Shown here piece after piece: positions 1 through 12,097 of a stretch of DNA of 64,000 nt. The stretch is from NCBI GenBank assembly GCA_001662655.1, contig KV460240.1; one strand, 5' to 3'. The stretch is from Pseudogymnoascus verrucosus (lineage: Eukaryota). The translations under genes and the position numbers were made by a program. The notes beneath the pieces are model-generated. The model searched no databases, had not been told where the DNA came from, and was given only the letters and a program-made list of their open reading frames with translations. Within the stretch, counting starts at the first letter, position 1; every line of letters begins with the position of its first letter.

Positions 1-898
1 TCCGCACCCCCCCTCCGACTCTCCATCCTCACCTTCCCATCCCTCAAATGCTCCCTATAAACCTGCAACGCCCTGACTGCTTCAGGTCCATAGACGAGGC
101 TCTCCGCGACTTTCCATTTCTGCTGCGCTTCTGTAGCGGTGGTGGAGCATGATAGGGATAACATCTCAGCGTGAGCGCGGGAGTGACGGGAGAGAGAGCC
201 GTGGGTTGTTTGTTCGAGGATGCGGATTACAGCCGCTGCCTGCGCGGTGTAGAGGGCCAGTAACTTTACAGCCAGGTCGGTGAGGGTGGTGCGGTTCACC
301 GCCAGGCGGAGACGAAGGTCGGTGACTTGATCACGCAGGGCGATGATAGATGTGGCGAGGCTAGGGATCTGACGATGTAGGAATGAGGGGTTGGTATGCG
401 GATTCATCAGCCGCGTGAGGGGAAGTGCATGGGTCGTGAGGTGTGTGGAGACAAGGGCAGCAATGGCCTGGAGATTGGCGGGTAGGTTTGGGAGTTGAAG
501 TGGGCTTGGGGATTTGAGAGAGAGGGTGAGTAGGATGATTAACTCCGTTAGCTCTGCGGGCAGTGGGATTTCCGCAGCGGGCGTGGATTGCCGACTTGAT
601 GATGTCTTTGATGGAGGCGGCGCGGGAGAGGTGAGTGGGAGATCTTCAAGGGCTCTCCGGAGGATCTTTTCGCGCGTGAACTTTAGACGGAGGATTTTAA
701 GTTCCTAAACTTCCATTAGTAAAGCCCTCTTGTTAAAAATCCGAGGGGACGCACAGTAGCCACCGCATGACGCTCCGCCTTCTTAGGATGCTTCCTCGTC
801 CCCCCATCCGTCGTAAGCACTTTCGTCACCAGCGTCTTGTGCAGAAGTGCGAACTTGGGGTTTGCCGCCAGGACGGCGCTGTCGATTGGGGGTATCAT
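1..898 (-). CDS. Conserved fungal helical/coiled-coil protein, possibly HAUS4 (augmin subunit 4)-like; 3' end lies outside the window
   Basis: ATG at 898 (MIPPIDSAVLAANPKFALLHKTL). Intron 754-705 (GTGCGT...CTAAT...TAG). Exon 2 reads ELKILRLKF...ILEQTTHGSLSRH... towards the window edge. The HAUS4 assignment is from recollection only. Confidence 0.7.
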
Positions 899-2198
899 TG
901 CGGTGTTTATGTGGGTGGCAGCCTTGCCGAGGGGATGGAGTTGTTTACAGTGGGAGCGAGGCTGGCAGGCGCGCGCGCGGTGAGGGAGACGCGCTGAGTG
1001 GGGATCCACAGCGGGTAGATCCGCTGGGGAGGGTGTAGCGAGGTCCCTGACGGCGATGATTTATAAATTTAACATTTCGCATTGTGATTTTGGGAGGGCG
1101 AGGAAAGTACTGGCTTCATGGAATTAAAAAGTACTGCTACATCAAATTAATCCATACGTACACTTCCCCAAGACAAAAACGCAATAACCCATCTCCACAA
1201 ACGCGCATGTAACCCTCCATCCTCCATCCTCCAAACTAAGTATAGTCCCACATCCATCCCACCCCTCCTCCTCCCACCTCCCGCGTCAAAAGCCGAAAAA
1301 AGCTTCCCCCATCCCTCCCATCTTCCCACCCAAGCAAACATTCCCGAAGTAAGTAAGCAGCCACCAACCCCCCCCTTCCTGCACTCCCAAACTGCCGTGT
1401 AACCAATCACGCAAAGCACCCGACCACGGAACAACCGATGCACATGTGGGTGGTACATATATTCCCATGCTACCCATGCGGAGCTACTGCGCGGGTCGAT
1501 AGATGGGTGCCGGGGGGAGGGAGGTTGGGTTATCGAACCAAAGATCCCGGGAATAATGTGGTGTTGGATATGGAATTGGGGGGGGGGTTGCGGCTCTGCG
1601 GAGACAGGGAGGGGAGGGTGGGAGTATATGAGGGGGGGATTTGGGGGGGTTTGGGCCTCGGTAGGTGATTCTTTGTTTTATCATTTTATATTTTTAGAAA
1701 AAATTGCGAGATTGGGATTCTTGAATCGGGGATTTTTTTTTGGATTGAGAGTGTTTGAGAATTGTTTCTGAGGGGGAATACGATATATGGTTTGATCATT
1801 CACTTGAGATTTACTGAGAATTTTCCTGAACTGGACGGTGGGAATCCAAGGGAGAAATAGGACTGGATCCAGAGGCTGTAGATCAATACTCACCACGAAG
1901 ATACCCGGATTAACAGCACAGGGGAAATTGAGAAGCAGAGTTGGATGTTAAAATCTCAGGTCCATACTCACTTCATACTCACCACAGCAAGCACATATAC
2001 AGACTCACCTATTTGGGCAAGGGAGATATTCCCAAGCAACATCTCGGTTTTCTCGGAAAGATATCCCAAAGATACCAACCCACCTTCTTGGACAAGGGAG
2101 ACATTAAAAAGAAACCAACTCACCTTGTTGGATCAGAAGGACACTTCAAAGACACCACCTCACAACTCATCCACAACTCACCAACCCCGTCACCAACC

Positions 2199-3923
2199 AT
2201 GGACCTCACTCCCTCCGCCATACCCCTCGCCGTCCACCCAACCGCCGCCTTCACAACTCTCCCCCCTCCCTCTCCACCACCACCAACCACACTCCCCTGG
2301 CCTCTCTGCCCCCTCAACCCCGCCACCCGAATCAACAGCCTCACCCCCGTCCTCAACCCCCACTGGCGCCTCGACCTCTGCAGCTCCCAAGGAACCCAAT
2401 TCCACACCATCCCCCTCACTCTCCCTCTCCCACCACCCCTCTTCATCACCACCACAATCCCACCTTCATCCGCACACCCATCTCTGTCACACCTCCTTGA
2501 TCTCCCTCAAGCATTCAGCCGCCGCGGCAACTCTATCCAGGGACTCGGGATCGCTCAGCATGTTCTCCGTGCCTTGGAGCACTATTCCGCCAAACACCCT
2601 CGGTTTGCAGAGACCTACCGCACCCTTCCCTTCGGCTCCCAAATCGTCATCTCGCGCCTTAACAAAGACGTTAGAAAATGCCACATCACCCTCCTCCGCA
2701 ACACGCAGCTTGAGCACACGCTCCTCAACCCCTCCGCGCTAGCTGCGCTCGCCCCTGAGATCTCCGCCGGGGCCTGGCCAGAGGCGATCGACATCACATC
2801 AATGACTCTCGTGCGTCAGATACACGACAGTGTCTGCGTCGTCGCTCTCCCACATTCCGAGCCGGGGAAGCCGCAGGAACTGGTCATGAAAGCTGTGGCA
2901 GGTGATCCGAAGTACCTCTACCACGAGCTGATCTCACTGCTCCATCTCCCAGCGCATCCCAACATCATCCGCCCGCTATACCTGGCGACGAAGAAATGCG
3001 GGTTTGGCGGCAAGGTGGGTGTGGTGGGGATGCTACTCCCATTCCACCGCGCGGGAAGCCTTCGGGATGTGCTACCCCTTCGTTCTCTAACAGGAACATT
3101 GGCTTGGACTGATCAAATGCGCTGGGCGAAGGGATTAGTCGACGCACTGGTGCATGTTCTGCGCCAGGGAAGTTATTATTCGGACCTGAGGGTTGATAAT
3201 GTGGTGCTTGCCGAGAACGGGGAGGCTGTGCTGGTGGATTTTGAGCAGAGGGGTGTGTGGGCGGGATTTTCAGCGCCAGAGGTCGCGTGTATCGAGAATT
3301 TAGCCATCATTGCGATGAGTGCTCATGGGGAGGTGCCGGAAGTTGTGAGGGCCGAGTATCGTGCGAAGATGGATCGGTTTTTGCCGGGGTGGAGGGACGT
3401 CGGGAGGGGGGCGCATAAGGGGAGGACCGAGGGGTTTGCATTGGGGTGGTTGGCGATGAATGCGGAGGAGAGGGAAGCGGCTATGGTTTATATGCTTGGT
3501 AGAGCACTGTGGTGTATATTTGAGGCAGTGGGAATGCCAGAGCGAGCAGTGTGGAGGCAGGGTGGAGAAGGCGGGGTAGAGTTCCCAGCGTATAGGAGGG
3601 CGGGGCAGAGGGAGAGGGAGTTGATTGATAGGTGTACGAAGGGGAGGGTGGAGGGGAGGAGAGAGCAAGGAGTGGTGAGGATAGGGGGAAGGATTGTGCT
3701 GAAGGATGGAGACGGGACGGAGAGTCCAGAGGTTGTGCAGCGGGCTGCGAAGGAATGGTGGGTTGAGGAGCTGGAGAGGGGAGAAAGGTTCTTGGAGGAG
3801 AGAGAGATACGGAGGGAGGAGAGGAGAGAAAGCGGCGAGGTGGGAGGGTTTTCTGTGTTTGGTGGGAGGCCGAGATTGGAGGAGGTGCTTGATATTTTGG
3901 AGGGTTGGGAGTGTGATGTGTGA
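2199..3923 (+). CDS. Atypical protein kinase-like protein (~574 aa, intronless)
   Basis: Long ORF. Kinase motifs: LVMKA (beta3 Lys), YHEL (alphaC Glu), HPNII, YSDLRVDNVVL (catalytic loop), VDFE (DFG variant), SAPE. First ATG at 2199. Confidence 0.85.
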   Translation: MDLTPSAIPLAVHPTAAFTTLPPPSPPPPTTLPWPLCPLNPATRINSLTPVLNPHWRLDLCSSQGTQFHTIPLTLPLPPPLFITTTIPPSSAHPSLSHLLDLPQAFSRRGNSIQGLGIAQHVLRALEHYSAKHPRFAETYRTLPFGSQIVISRLNKDVRKCHITLLRNTQLEHTLLNPSALAALAPEISAGAWPEAIDITSMTLVRQIHDSVCVVALPHSEPGKPQELVMKAVAGDPKYLYHELISLLHLPAHPNIIRPLYLATKKCGFGGKVGVVGMLLPFHRAGSLRDVLPLRSLTGTLAWTDQMRWAKGLVDALVHVLRQGSYYSDLRVDNVVLAENGEAVLVDFEQRGVWAGFSAPEVACIENLAIIAMSAHGEVPEVVRAEYRAKMDRFLPGWRDVGRGAHKGRTEGFALGWLAMNAEEREAAMVYMLGRALWCIFEAVGMPERAVWRQGGEGGVEFPAYRRAGQRERELIDRCTKGRVEGRREQGVVRIGGRIVLKDGDGTESPEVVQRAAKEWWVEELERGERFLEEREIRREERRESGEVGGFSVFGGRPRLEEVLDILEGWECDV

Positions 3924-4774
3924 AGTTGGCCGATTGGGTACCCGGGTAGGTGTTGGTGATGAACTCCACACCGGTCTGTGGTCCCCGAGATGCCGGGAGG
4001 AAAAAGGACCGGATTATGGTCCATTGGATATCGATTCACACCGGTTGGTGAAGCGGGAAGGAGCGAGTTCGTGAGATATTTTAATTGTGGACTCGAGGGC
4101 GTACTCGTATTGCTGAACACGGGGATTTATTGAATTAACGCGCATGTTTTGAAGCGAGGCTCGTTTCGAGAGTGAAGCTTGGGCTCGTGTGGGCAAATCC
4201 GCAAATCTCGGTGAAGATGGAGAGTTGCAATCGAAGCACTTGTCCCGTGTCCCACGCCCCGGTGAGAATCCTTTCTTCCCAACCCATGGGCGTCTCTTGC
4301 CGGCTCATATACTTGAAGTGACGGTGAGCATGACACATCATACTCTCACCACCCTCGCTCCTTCCTTCTTCGCTGACCGGTCTATAAAGCCGTTGAGTTT
4401 CACACGATCGAAAGCACGTGCCCCTCTCTGCTCTCTGCTCTCCGATCTATTGACGCTCACCGGTGTCCGTCAAGGTGGCATTCCGATTCATCTCCACATC
4501 CATCTCCATCGGTCTAGGCTTGGCCGACGGCGGAAATATCTCCGATCAGTGTCTCCGATTGGGGGAGGTACTCTGGATTAGCCAGCCGGTGAAGGAATCT
4601 GAGTGGAGTCGATGCATGGAGTGAGAGGACCGGTGTGTGCAGTGGGTATTGTCAGTGGCCATTCATCGACTTCAATGCTGTGGTCGTCGGTGTCATGCAT
4701 ATCTAACGCTGCGATGCACCCATGATGCACTAGTTTGTGGTTCCTTTGGATCCTTGGACCCTGAACTATATGAG

Positions 4775-4832
4775 GCTCTCTCTCTCTCCGGTCGAGTTCC
4801 CCAGCTCTCTCTCTCTCCGGTCGAGTTCCCCA
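4775..4832. repeat. Tandem duplication of 29-bp unit GCTCTCTCTCTCTCCGGTCGAGTTCCCCA
   Basis: Two adjacent copies read directly, followed by degenerate CTCCCC/TTCCCC units. Confidence 0.9.
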
Positions 4833-5847
4833 GCTCCCCGTTCCCCGCTCCCCACTTCCCGTTCTGGTCATCCCTGACTCCCGCGCCGGTCCTTCCCTGA
4901 CCCCACTGCGCCTCCACAGTGGTTCCTTCTCCCACCACCATCAGCACCGCCATCACCATCATCACCCACCACCATCCTTCTCATATCATCGAATTGAAAC
5001 ATCGTATATCCATATATCATGACCACCTGTTATGACCATCTATCACTGCCACGTCGCACAGAATCTAGCACTTGCCTTTCGTGACTACAAGTGCGAAAGA
5101 ATTCCTTAATTTCCCTGCCCAGCCTTGTTGGCTGTAGCTGTCACCGTGCAGGGCGTATCTACCCACAGCATATCTATCTACTCAAGATCAGTAGCAAACC
5201 CGTCCATCAAGCATGCGTCGCCGGCTCTCCTCCTCTTTGACCGGCTCCATACAAGGTACTTTCCACTGCACCATGTAGTGTACGTACACACTCGTACCAA
5301 ACATGCAACTACTGACAAAAATATGCAGATACTCACAATACTTCTAATACTTCTAATACTTATTATGCAGCCATCCCGGTTGGGTGTATGTGCGGCTGAA
5401 TCACTTGCACTTCCCATCCCACACCGGTGAGCCAGCCTTGTTGTAACCCTGCAACCGGTGAGAATCAACCACATCAAACTTCCCCATCTACAACCAACAC
5501 AATCCAACTCAAACCTGCACTGCCCAACCCCACGGCATTTGCGGCCAACAATCCACTTTCCTTCTCACCATGTCTTTATATCTCTCTCTCTGAAACACTT
5601 GATTGCTCTGTACTCCACAACCTCGATCACAATCACAATCAACCAACCCATCACCGCCTCCACTTCTATCGCCAGTCACTTTCTATTCCCAGCCTTGCTT
5701 GTCCTTGTTTTGCTTACTATCCCTTCCTTTCCAATTACCCTCTATTCCCCGGATATTGCCTACCCAGGTGCGACGCCACCATCACTGCCCTATCGTCCAG
5801 AGGCCGCGCACTGAGCCACTACAACTTCCTACCTGAACGGAGTACTC

Positions 5848-8840
5848 ATGTCTAGTGTCCCCTCTGGCTTCGTTGCATGGTCCGACGTCTCATCCCGGCA
5901 GCGTACAGAAAGTAAGATGTCACTAGACCGAAACGGCCGTATCCCAATCCCAACTGGAGGTGACGTCTCAGCTAGAATGGTAAGCTACTCGCTATTCACT
6001 CTCTCACCGGCTCGTGATTTGATTCACTCCCTCGGCGATAGAAATATATATCTAAGCCTCTCCTCCCTTCGGTGAACGACATCAACTCACCCAACCTTCC
6101 CATGCTTCTCTATACATCATCACACCAACGACATCACTCTAACTCCATCCAGGCCAACCGCAAGAGAAAACACGACGTCGTCGTCGTCGACCCCTCCAAC
6201 CCCCCCACTTCCAAGCGTCCTAGATCCATCCACCCACAGCACTTCAACCTCGCCAGTCTCCCCACAGACGAGCGAGTTCGCCAAGCAGCTACCCTACTAC
6301 GCATGCCCGTGACCCGCCTGCGGTCAGTCATCTCCGACCTCGAGGAGGAAGAGCCTGAGCAGGAGCCCGAGCAGTTTGTGCCGTACTATGACTGGCCGCT
6401 TTCTCATCAACCCTCCAGAATGAAACGCGGAATGGGCCGGGGGAGGAGCACCCCGAAGCCTCGGTCAACTGGCTCGGTGGGCGAGAAAGCTGTGGGTGGG
6501 GAGGTGAACAATTACACGGGAGGACAAGGAGAGAAGACGGTGTCACAATGGAATGGGCAAATGGATGGCTCGTCGGAGTTTTCGGAACCTGCAAGCCAAG
6601 GCGGGAGAGATAGTACGTTTTGTTTCCCGAAGGAGGTTTTGGTGGAGTTTTTCTCAAATTGGTGCTCTGTGGACGACGAACCTTCACGGGGCAATGGATA
6701 CGGTAAGTTGATTGGCGAGACTGGGAGAGGTTAGCTGATGGTGGTTTACAGAAAATCAATCGATGCTACCACCTGCTTCGGCTTCCGCACCACAGTTTGT
6801 GGGATCTCAGTTTATGGACACCTATCCTGAGAACTATGGAACCTCGATGGCTGGCCTCCCCTATGCCTATGACAGCAGTGGAGGCCATAATAGCTTTGCT
6901 ATGGTATTTATTCCCAATGTTTCTCCTGTAGCTTAACTAACATTGCCAGGAAACGTCCTTTAGCTGTGATACCCCTGAATTCAGTGGTCCATGGATGCAG
7001 CCCCTCCAACAATACCAAGTGCAGACCCAACCCCATAAGCAAGAGATGACATATCTCCAGCCTCCTAGCTATATGGAATCCAACCTATCCTTTGCGAATA
7101 ACAATGGATATCTCGAAGCACCACCCCCAGACTCTGGCTTTGTCTCCGATGCCAGCCTTCCGCAGCAGAAGTCAGAGACTAGACAAGGCTCAGACAGCGG
7201 TCGCAGTGTAGAAGACACAGAGTCCTCACTGGCTGGTGCACCAACGCGCCGAGGGCCATTCAAGAGCCAGTTTGACCGAGTTCAGACCGCGCAGACTCGG
7301 AAAGATGGGTGTTGCCTCCGCTGTCGACACCAAAAAATACGTGTATGTGTCTCCCTTTGCAATTCCAGATCCCTGGTGTTACATATCGCTAATGAGACCA
7401 GTGCATCCCGGACCCTGAAGACCCGAAAGGCGTCTGCCTCACCTGCAAGAATGTGAAGGCGGCCAACATGAAGGTGCAGAAGCCGACGTGCATCCGCCAC
7501 AGGATCACAGATGTTCGCCTCTACAAGATGGGGCAGGTCCCTGGGCTCGAGTGGAGCCAGCGGTGGTCGAATCGGACGCTGAAGGAAATGGGTACGTGGG
7601 CGAGCGGAGAGACGATAACTATCCAGGTTAGCGAGGGGTATACGTCCACGCCACTGAAACTGGTGGTTTCCGAGTTTAGGCCTGTGAAGGGAGATGTGCT
7701 AGAACGCAGTTGGGTGAGCAGTGCGGGCGTGAAGAAGAAGGTTGCGATCCCTTCGTATGCTATCAAGGACCTGGCGGCGGCACGAGACGCTTATAAGAAC
7801 TACATAAATCAAGGTGGACCAGAGTTCTTCCAAGGGGCTCTAGACCCTAAGGACAGGTTCCTTTGGATGACCTATAATATGGCCATTACTACCTCTAACG
7901 ATCCGGATATTGTAAGTTGCTTTTCTTCTCCTCCCTAAACCGCGTCCACACTAACCTTCCGTAGCCAACGGTCCAACGCAAACTCCTCAGGATGGTTCTC
8001 CAACTCTGGGTTGCCATCCGCCTGAATACAAAGTCGACCAACATAGTCGGTCCCGAGACTCTCGGCATGGCCCCAGACATTTTCGATGCCACGCACCCGA
8101 CGCCGGGCCGCATCCCCATTCCGCCCGTGATGGGTAACCAGATCGAGCTGATCCTATCCCGGGACATCCAAGACCCGCTACGGAACGACATTCTCGATGC
8201 GCTGCAAAGGCTGATATATTCCAACAAACCTGGGTGCTGGTTCACAATCTACTTGTGCACCTTCATATTGCTGCATAACTGCTCTATGATCACCAAGCAT
8301 GACTCGGCATACGCTAGGAAGCATGGGTTACAGGTACGTCAACCCCTCTTTTCCCTTCACCTGGGAATTGATCGACCAACCAAACCGTCCCAAACCAAAA
8401 AACCAACAAACGCATATACCCCGCTAACCCGATTCCCACAGGCCCGATTTGCGCGACCGGCAATGGTGGCAGAATACCACGCCGGCGCCATGGCGCTACT
8501 TGCACATTTCCACCTTTGTAATAAGGGCTCGTACCCGTTCAGCGCGGCTGCGGGCGAGAGGGTAGATATTCTGACTAACGCGGGGTTAACGGAGAAACAG
8601 AGCAAGTTTATTGAATCGACAAGGAAATTTGTTAATGGTAATGGTGAGTAAATGCATTTTCTCTCCTTACCCACCCCGTCCCTAGGCTCCTTCCCCGCGG
8701 AGATGTGAGAATGCAGTCTTGGCTAACAGGGGCTAGCGGTCCGTTTTGAGGAGTTCCGTTGGGCAGAAGCATTCGATAATGACTACTACTTCATATCCCA
8801 GCTGTACGAGCAGGACTGGAAACCTCGTATCAAGATCTGA
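5848..8840 (+). CDS. Variant Zn(II)2Cys6 transcription factor, 8 exons
   Basis: Exons 5848-5979, 6042-6702, 6752-6903, 6950-7342, 7402-7911, 7965-8333, 8442-8643 and 8737-8840 splice in frame. Cluster CLRCRHQKIR|CIPDPEDPKGVCLTC-x13-C. C-terminus YYFISQLYEQDWKP. Exon 1 is the least certain. Confidence 0.85.
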
Positions 8841-10186
8841 GTTTCTGCGGCTGAGGCGGCTGAGGAGGCTCAACTACAGCACACCACACACTTTTTATAA
8901 GAGTCATGGGGTCTGACATGCAGTCACTGATGAAATATGAAATACCCGGAATGCTATACATTGCAGTGCATTTGCATTGCATGATATCCACATGCAGTTC
9001 GCCGAGCTGGGACGAGCAAACAAATACGTTTTTCTACTTCATTTACTGTTTTTGTGCTTTAAAAACATGTATAATAGGCAAACAAACCCAATCAGCAGGG
9101 TTCTGGGAAAATACAATACCCAGGGGACGGACGGAGGAAGGGGCGATCATGCGCCATGGAGAAATGGAGTCCGGAGGAATCTGTATGTCTAGCCTATCAG
9201 TAATGAAATGCGTTGCGTTTGCCTAGCATCTACATAATCTCACTCGCTCCCGCTCCTCACTCGCTCCTTCCCCAAGAACCTCGATAGTAAAATATAGGCA
9301 ACCAGCCCCCGTCAGCGTAGCTTACCCCATACCCAATATCAGATAATGAAACACAATAAAACCCCACTTATCCGTATCCGAATCCCAACTTGTCCCAAAA
9401 CCGAATCCCACAACAACCCCAGCTGAACCAATCCCACCGCACTCCCACCCCTCTCCCGGCATGCTAACTTATAGTTCCAACACACACCCCCGAACGCCTA
9501 TTGGTGGGCGCCATATAGGCACCCACACCTGGATATATTCACCCACACCTCCATGAACTTTGAGGCTCTAGTGTTGGGATGGTGATTGGGAGACCGAGAG
9601 GGGGAGTCATGCGCTTGAGTTGGCGTGATGACGATTCGCAAGTGGGAGGGGGGGATTGAGGCTCTGTGTGGCAGGGCTGAAGTGGGTCGGGGGGGGGAAT
9701 GGGTGACAGCCGGGGGGGGGGCGCGGTTGTTCGTTTCGTTTCGGGTTTATTTTATGATTTGGGAATGGGGACGAAGGGAAGAGGGAGGGGGGGGGGCGGG
9801 GGGGGTGATAAGATTTCCCGGGTGTATGGAGGAATGGCGTCTGTTGTTATTTATGCCTTGATTTGGACATCCAGCATCTGGAGATTGTGTTTGCGGCCCG
9901 GCGCGGGTGAGTAAGAGGCGTGAATAAAGTTTACGTAGGTTTGGAGGCGGGTGAGTGAGGTGAGTCTGAGTCTGAGTCTGACATGTGCATGATATGATAG
10001 TGGTGATGGCGTGTGTATGGACTGGTAAATGTTTTTGGGAAGGAGGGGTGCAGCACGCATGGGAAGCTAGGATATTTGGAATCTGCAGTTAATCTGCAGG
10101 GAAAGCTGAGTGCGGGTAGCTGATATCTGGGGGAGCTAGGAGCCGGGAGCTGATAGATGAGAGGAACTATAGGCGGCAGCTGTAGA

Positions 10187-10415
10187 CAAACGGAATATAA
10201 ATATTTGACTTTGCTCCGCTTCAATATTCTTTTTTCATTCTTCTTTACTTATCACAGACTACAAACGGATATATATATCTGACTTTACTCAGTCTTCAAC
10301 CTTCCTTCTTCTCTATCCATCACCAATATTCTCCGGACATTCAACCTTCTTTCTTCTCTATCCATCACCAATATCCTCCAGCCCTTCAACCTCCATCCTT
10401 CTTCTCTATTCATCA
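10187..10415. repeat. Imperfect direct repeats upstream of the dioxygenase gene
   Basis: CAAACGGA(A)TAT..AT.TGACTTT.CTC..CTTCAA occurs twice (~10187, ~10262). TTCAACCT..(C)TTCTTCTCTAT(C)CATCA occurs three times (~10295, ~10340, ~10385). Confidence 0.8.
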
Positions 10416-10520
10416 TCCTCGACGTCCTCGATATTTAACATCACTCCTACCTTACCAACACACAAACATCCACTACAACCTCACAAATCTCACAATCACA
10501 ACCCCCAAACAAACAAAACA

Positions 10521-12097
10521 ATGGCTCTCGTCCACCCAACCCACCCCCTCACCACAACCTCATCCCCAGACCCCTACGCCCTCCCCCCCTCTTTCCCCTC
10601 CTCCATCTCCTCACCCCTAGCCTGGACCGGCGCAGACCTCGCAGACGAGAGTTACATCTACCACCTCACCCCCTCCGACCTCTCCGAGATCAAAGATGCA
10701 TTAGCAGTATTCAAATGTACGTCTCCCCATTTCCCCCTCCCCCTTTCGTCCCTCTTTCGTCCAATAGCCGCCACGGCCCGTCCCGCCTTCCCGCCTTCCC
10801 GCGGCGTAGCCGCAACTTAAAGATGGTTACACAGGGCTATACACAGACAGGCAGACATACAGGCAGGCAGTTGAACAAAGACTAACCTCTTCTCTTCTAG
10901 CACACAATCTCAACGGCGACCTCGCCACCCCCACGACCTTCCCCCTCCCTACCCTCGGCCCAAAACTCCGCCTACTCTCACACGAACTATACAATGGGAG
11001 GGGGGTTTGCTTGATCCGCGGGCTGACGCCGGAGATGTATGAGCCGGAGGAGGGGATGGTGGTGTTTATGGGGGTGCAGAGTTATATGGCGGGGGGGAAG
11101 GGGAGGCAGGATGGGAGGGGGAATATGATTGGTGAGTTTGGTTGTTTGGTCTTTGGGTGATGGGCGGAGTGACTGACTGGGGATAGTTCATATTACCCCG
11201 TCGGAATATGATGCGAAGCATTCGAGGCATTCGATGGATAGTTTGGTATGTCCCCCTTCCCCCTTTCCCTTTCCCTTTCACCTACCCACTTTCCCCTACC
11301 CTGCCCCCTTTTCGCAACACCCACCAACTCACCTTCTTTTCCCCACAACCACTAAACCTCCAACTCCACAAAATCTAACAACCTTACAGCCCTTCCACAC
11401 CGAAGCCACTGGCGACATCCTAGCCTGGCAAACCCGCGCCGCCGCCGCCGAGGGCGGGAAGTGTATCGTCTCCTCCGCATACACAGCGTACAACCTCCTC
11501 GCCGCCACCTGTCCCGAGGTTATCCACACCTTAGCAAAGCCAGATTGGCCGTTTGCATAGTAAGTCTCCCTTTCCCCTCCCCCTCCTCCAAACCAAAGAA
11601 CCAGCAAGCTAACCCGCCCCAGCCCAACCCTCCACTACCGCCCCATCCTCTACCACACCTCCCCCAACCTCCTCATCAACTTCTCCCCCTCCGCCCTCCT
11701 CTCCACCCCCTCGCACCCCCGCCCCTCCCACCTCCCTTCCCTCACCCCCTCCCAACTCTCCGCCCTCTCCGCTCTTCAAGCCGTCGCCCGTGCTACCGAA
11801 TTACACATCACCACCAAGGCAGGGGACTTGCATTTCGTGAATAACCTCGCGATTATGCATCGGCGATCTGCGTTCTCTGCTCCTAACACCAAGGGAGTGG
11901 GTAAAGTGGATGGGGAGATGGAGGAGCCAAAACGTCATCTGGTGCGCATGCGTCTTCGTTGCCCGGAACGGGGGTGGAAGATACCAAGAGAGTTGGCGCC
12001 GGCGTGGGAGGAGGCGTTTGGGGAGGAGGGGGAGAGGGAGTGGCATCTTTTTCCGATGCCGGAGGGGTATTTTCCGTTGAGGAAGTATCCTGAGTAA
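10521..12097 (+). CDS. TauD/TfdA family (clavaminate synthase-like) Fe(II)/2-oxoglutarate dioxygenase, 5 exons
   Basis: Exons 10521-10716, 10901-11131, 11187-11245, 11390-11559, 11623-12097. Motifs SPLAWTG, FPLPTLG, ELYNGRG..IRGL, PFHTE, NNLAIMHRRSAF, RHLVRMRLR. Confidence 0.9.

Noticed and set aside
1941..2198. N-terminal extension of the kinase ORF
   Set aside because: Starts at TTG; the first ATG in good context (ACCATGG) is at 2199.
10187..10415. CRISPR-like repeat-spacer array
   Set aside because: Eukaryotic context, degenerate repeats without unique regular spacers, and no cas genes.
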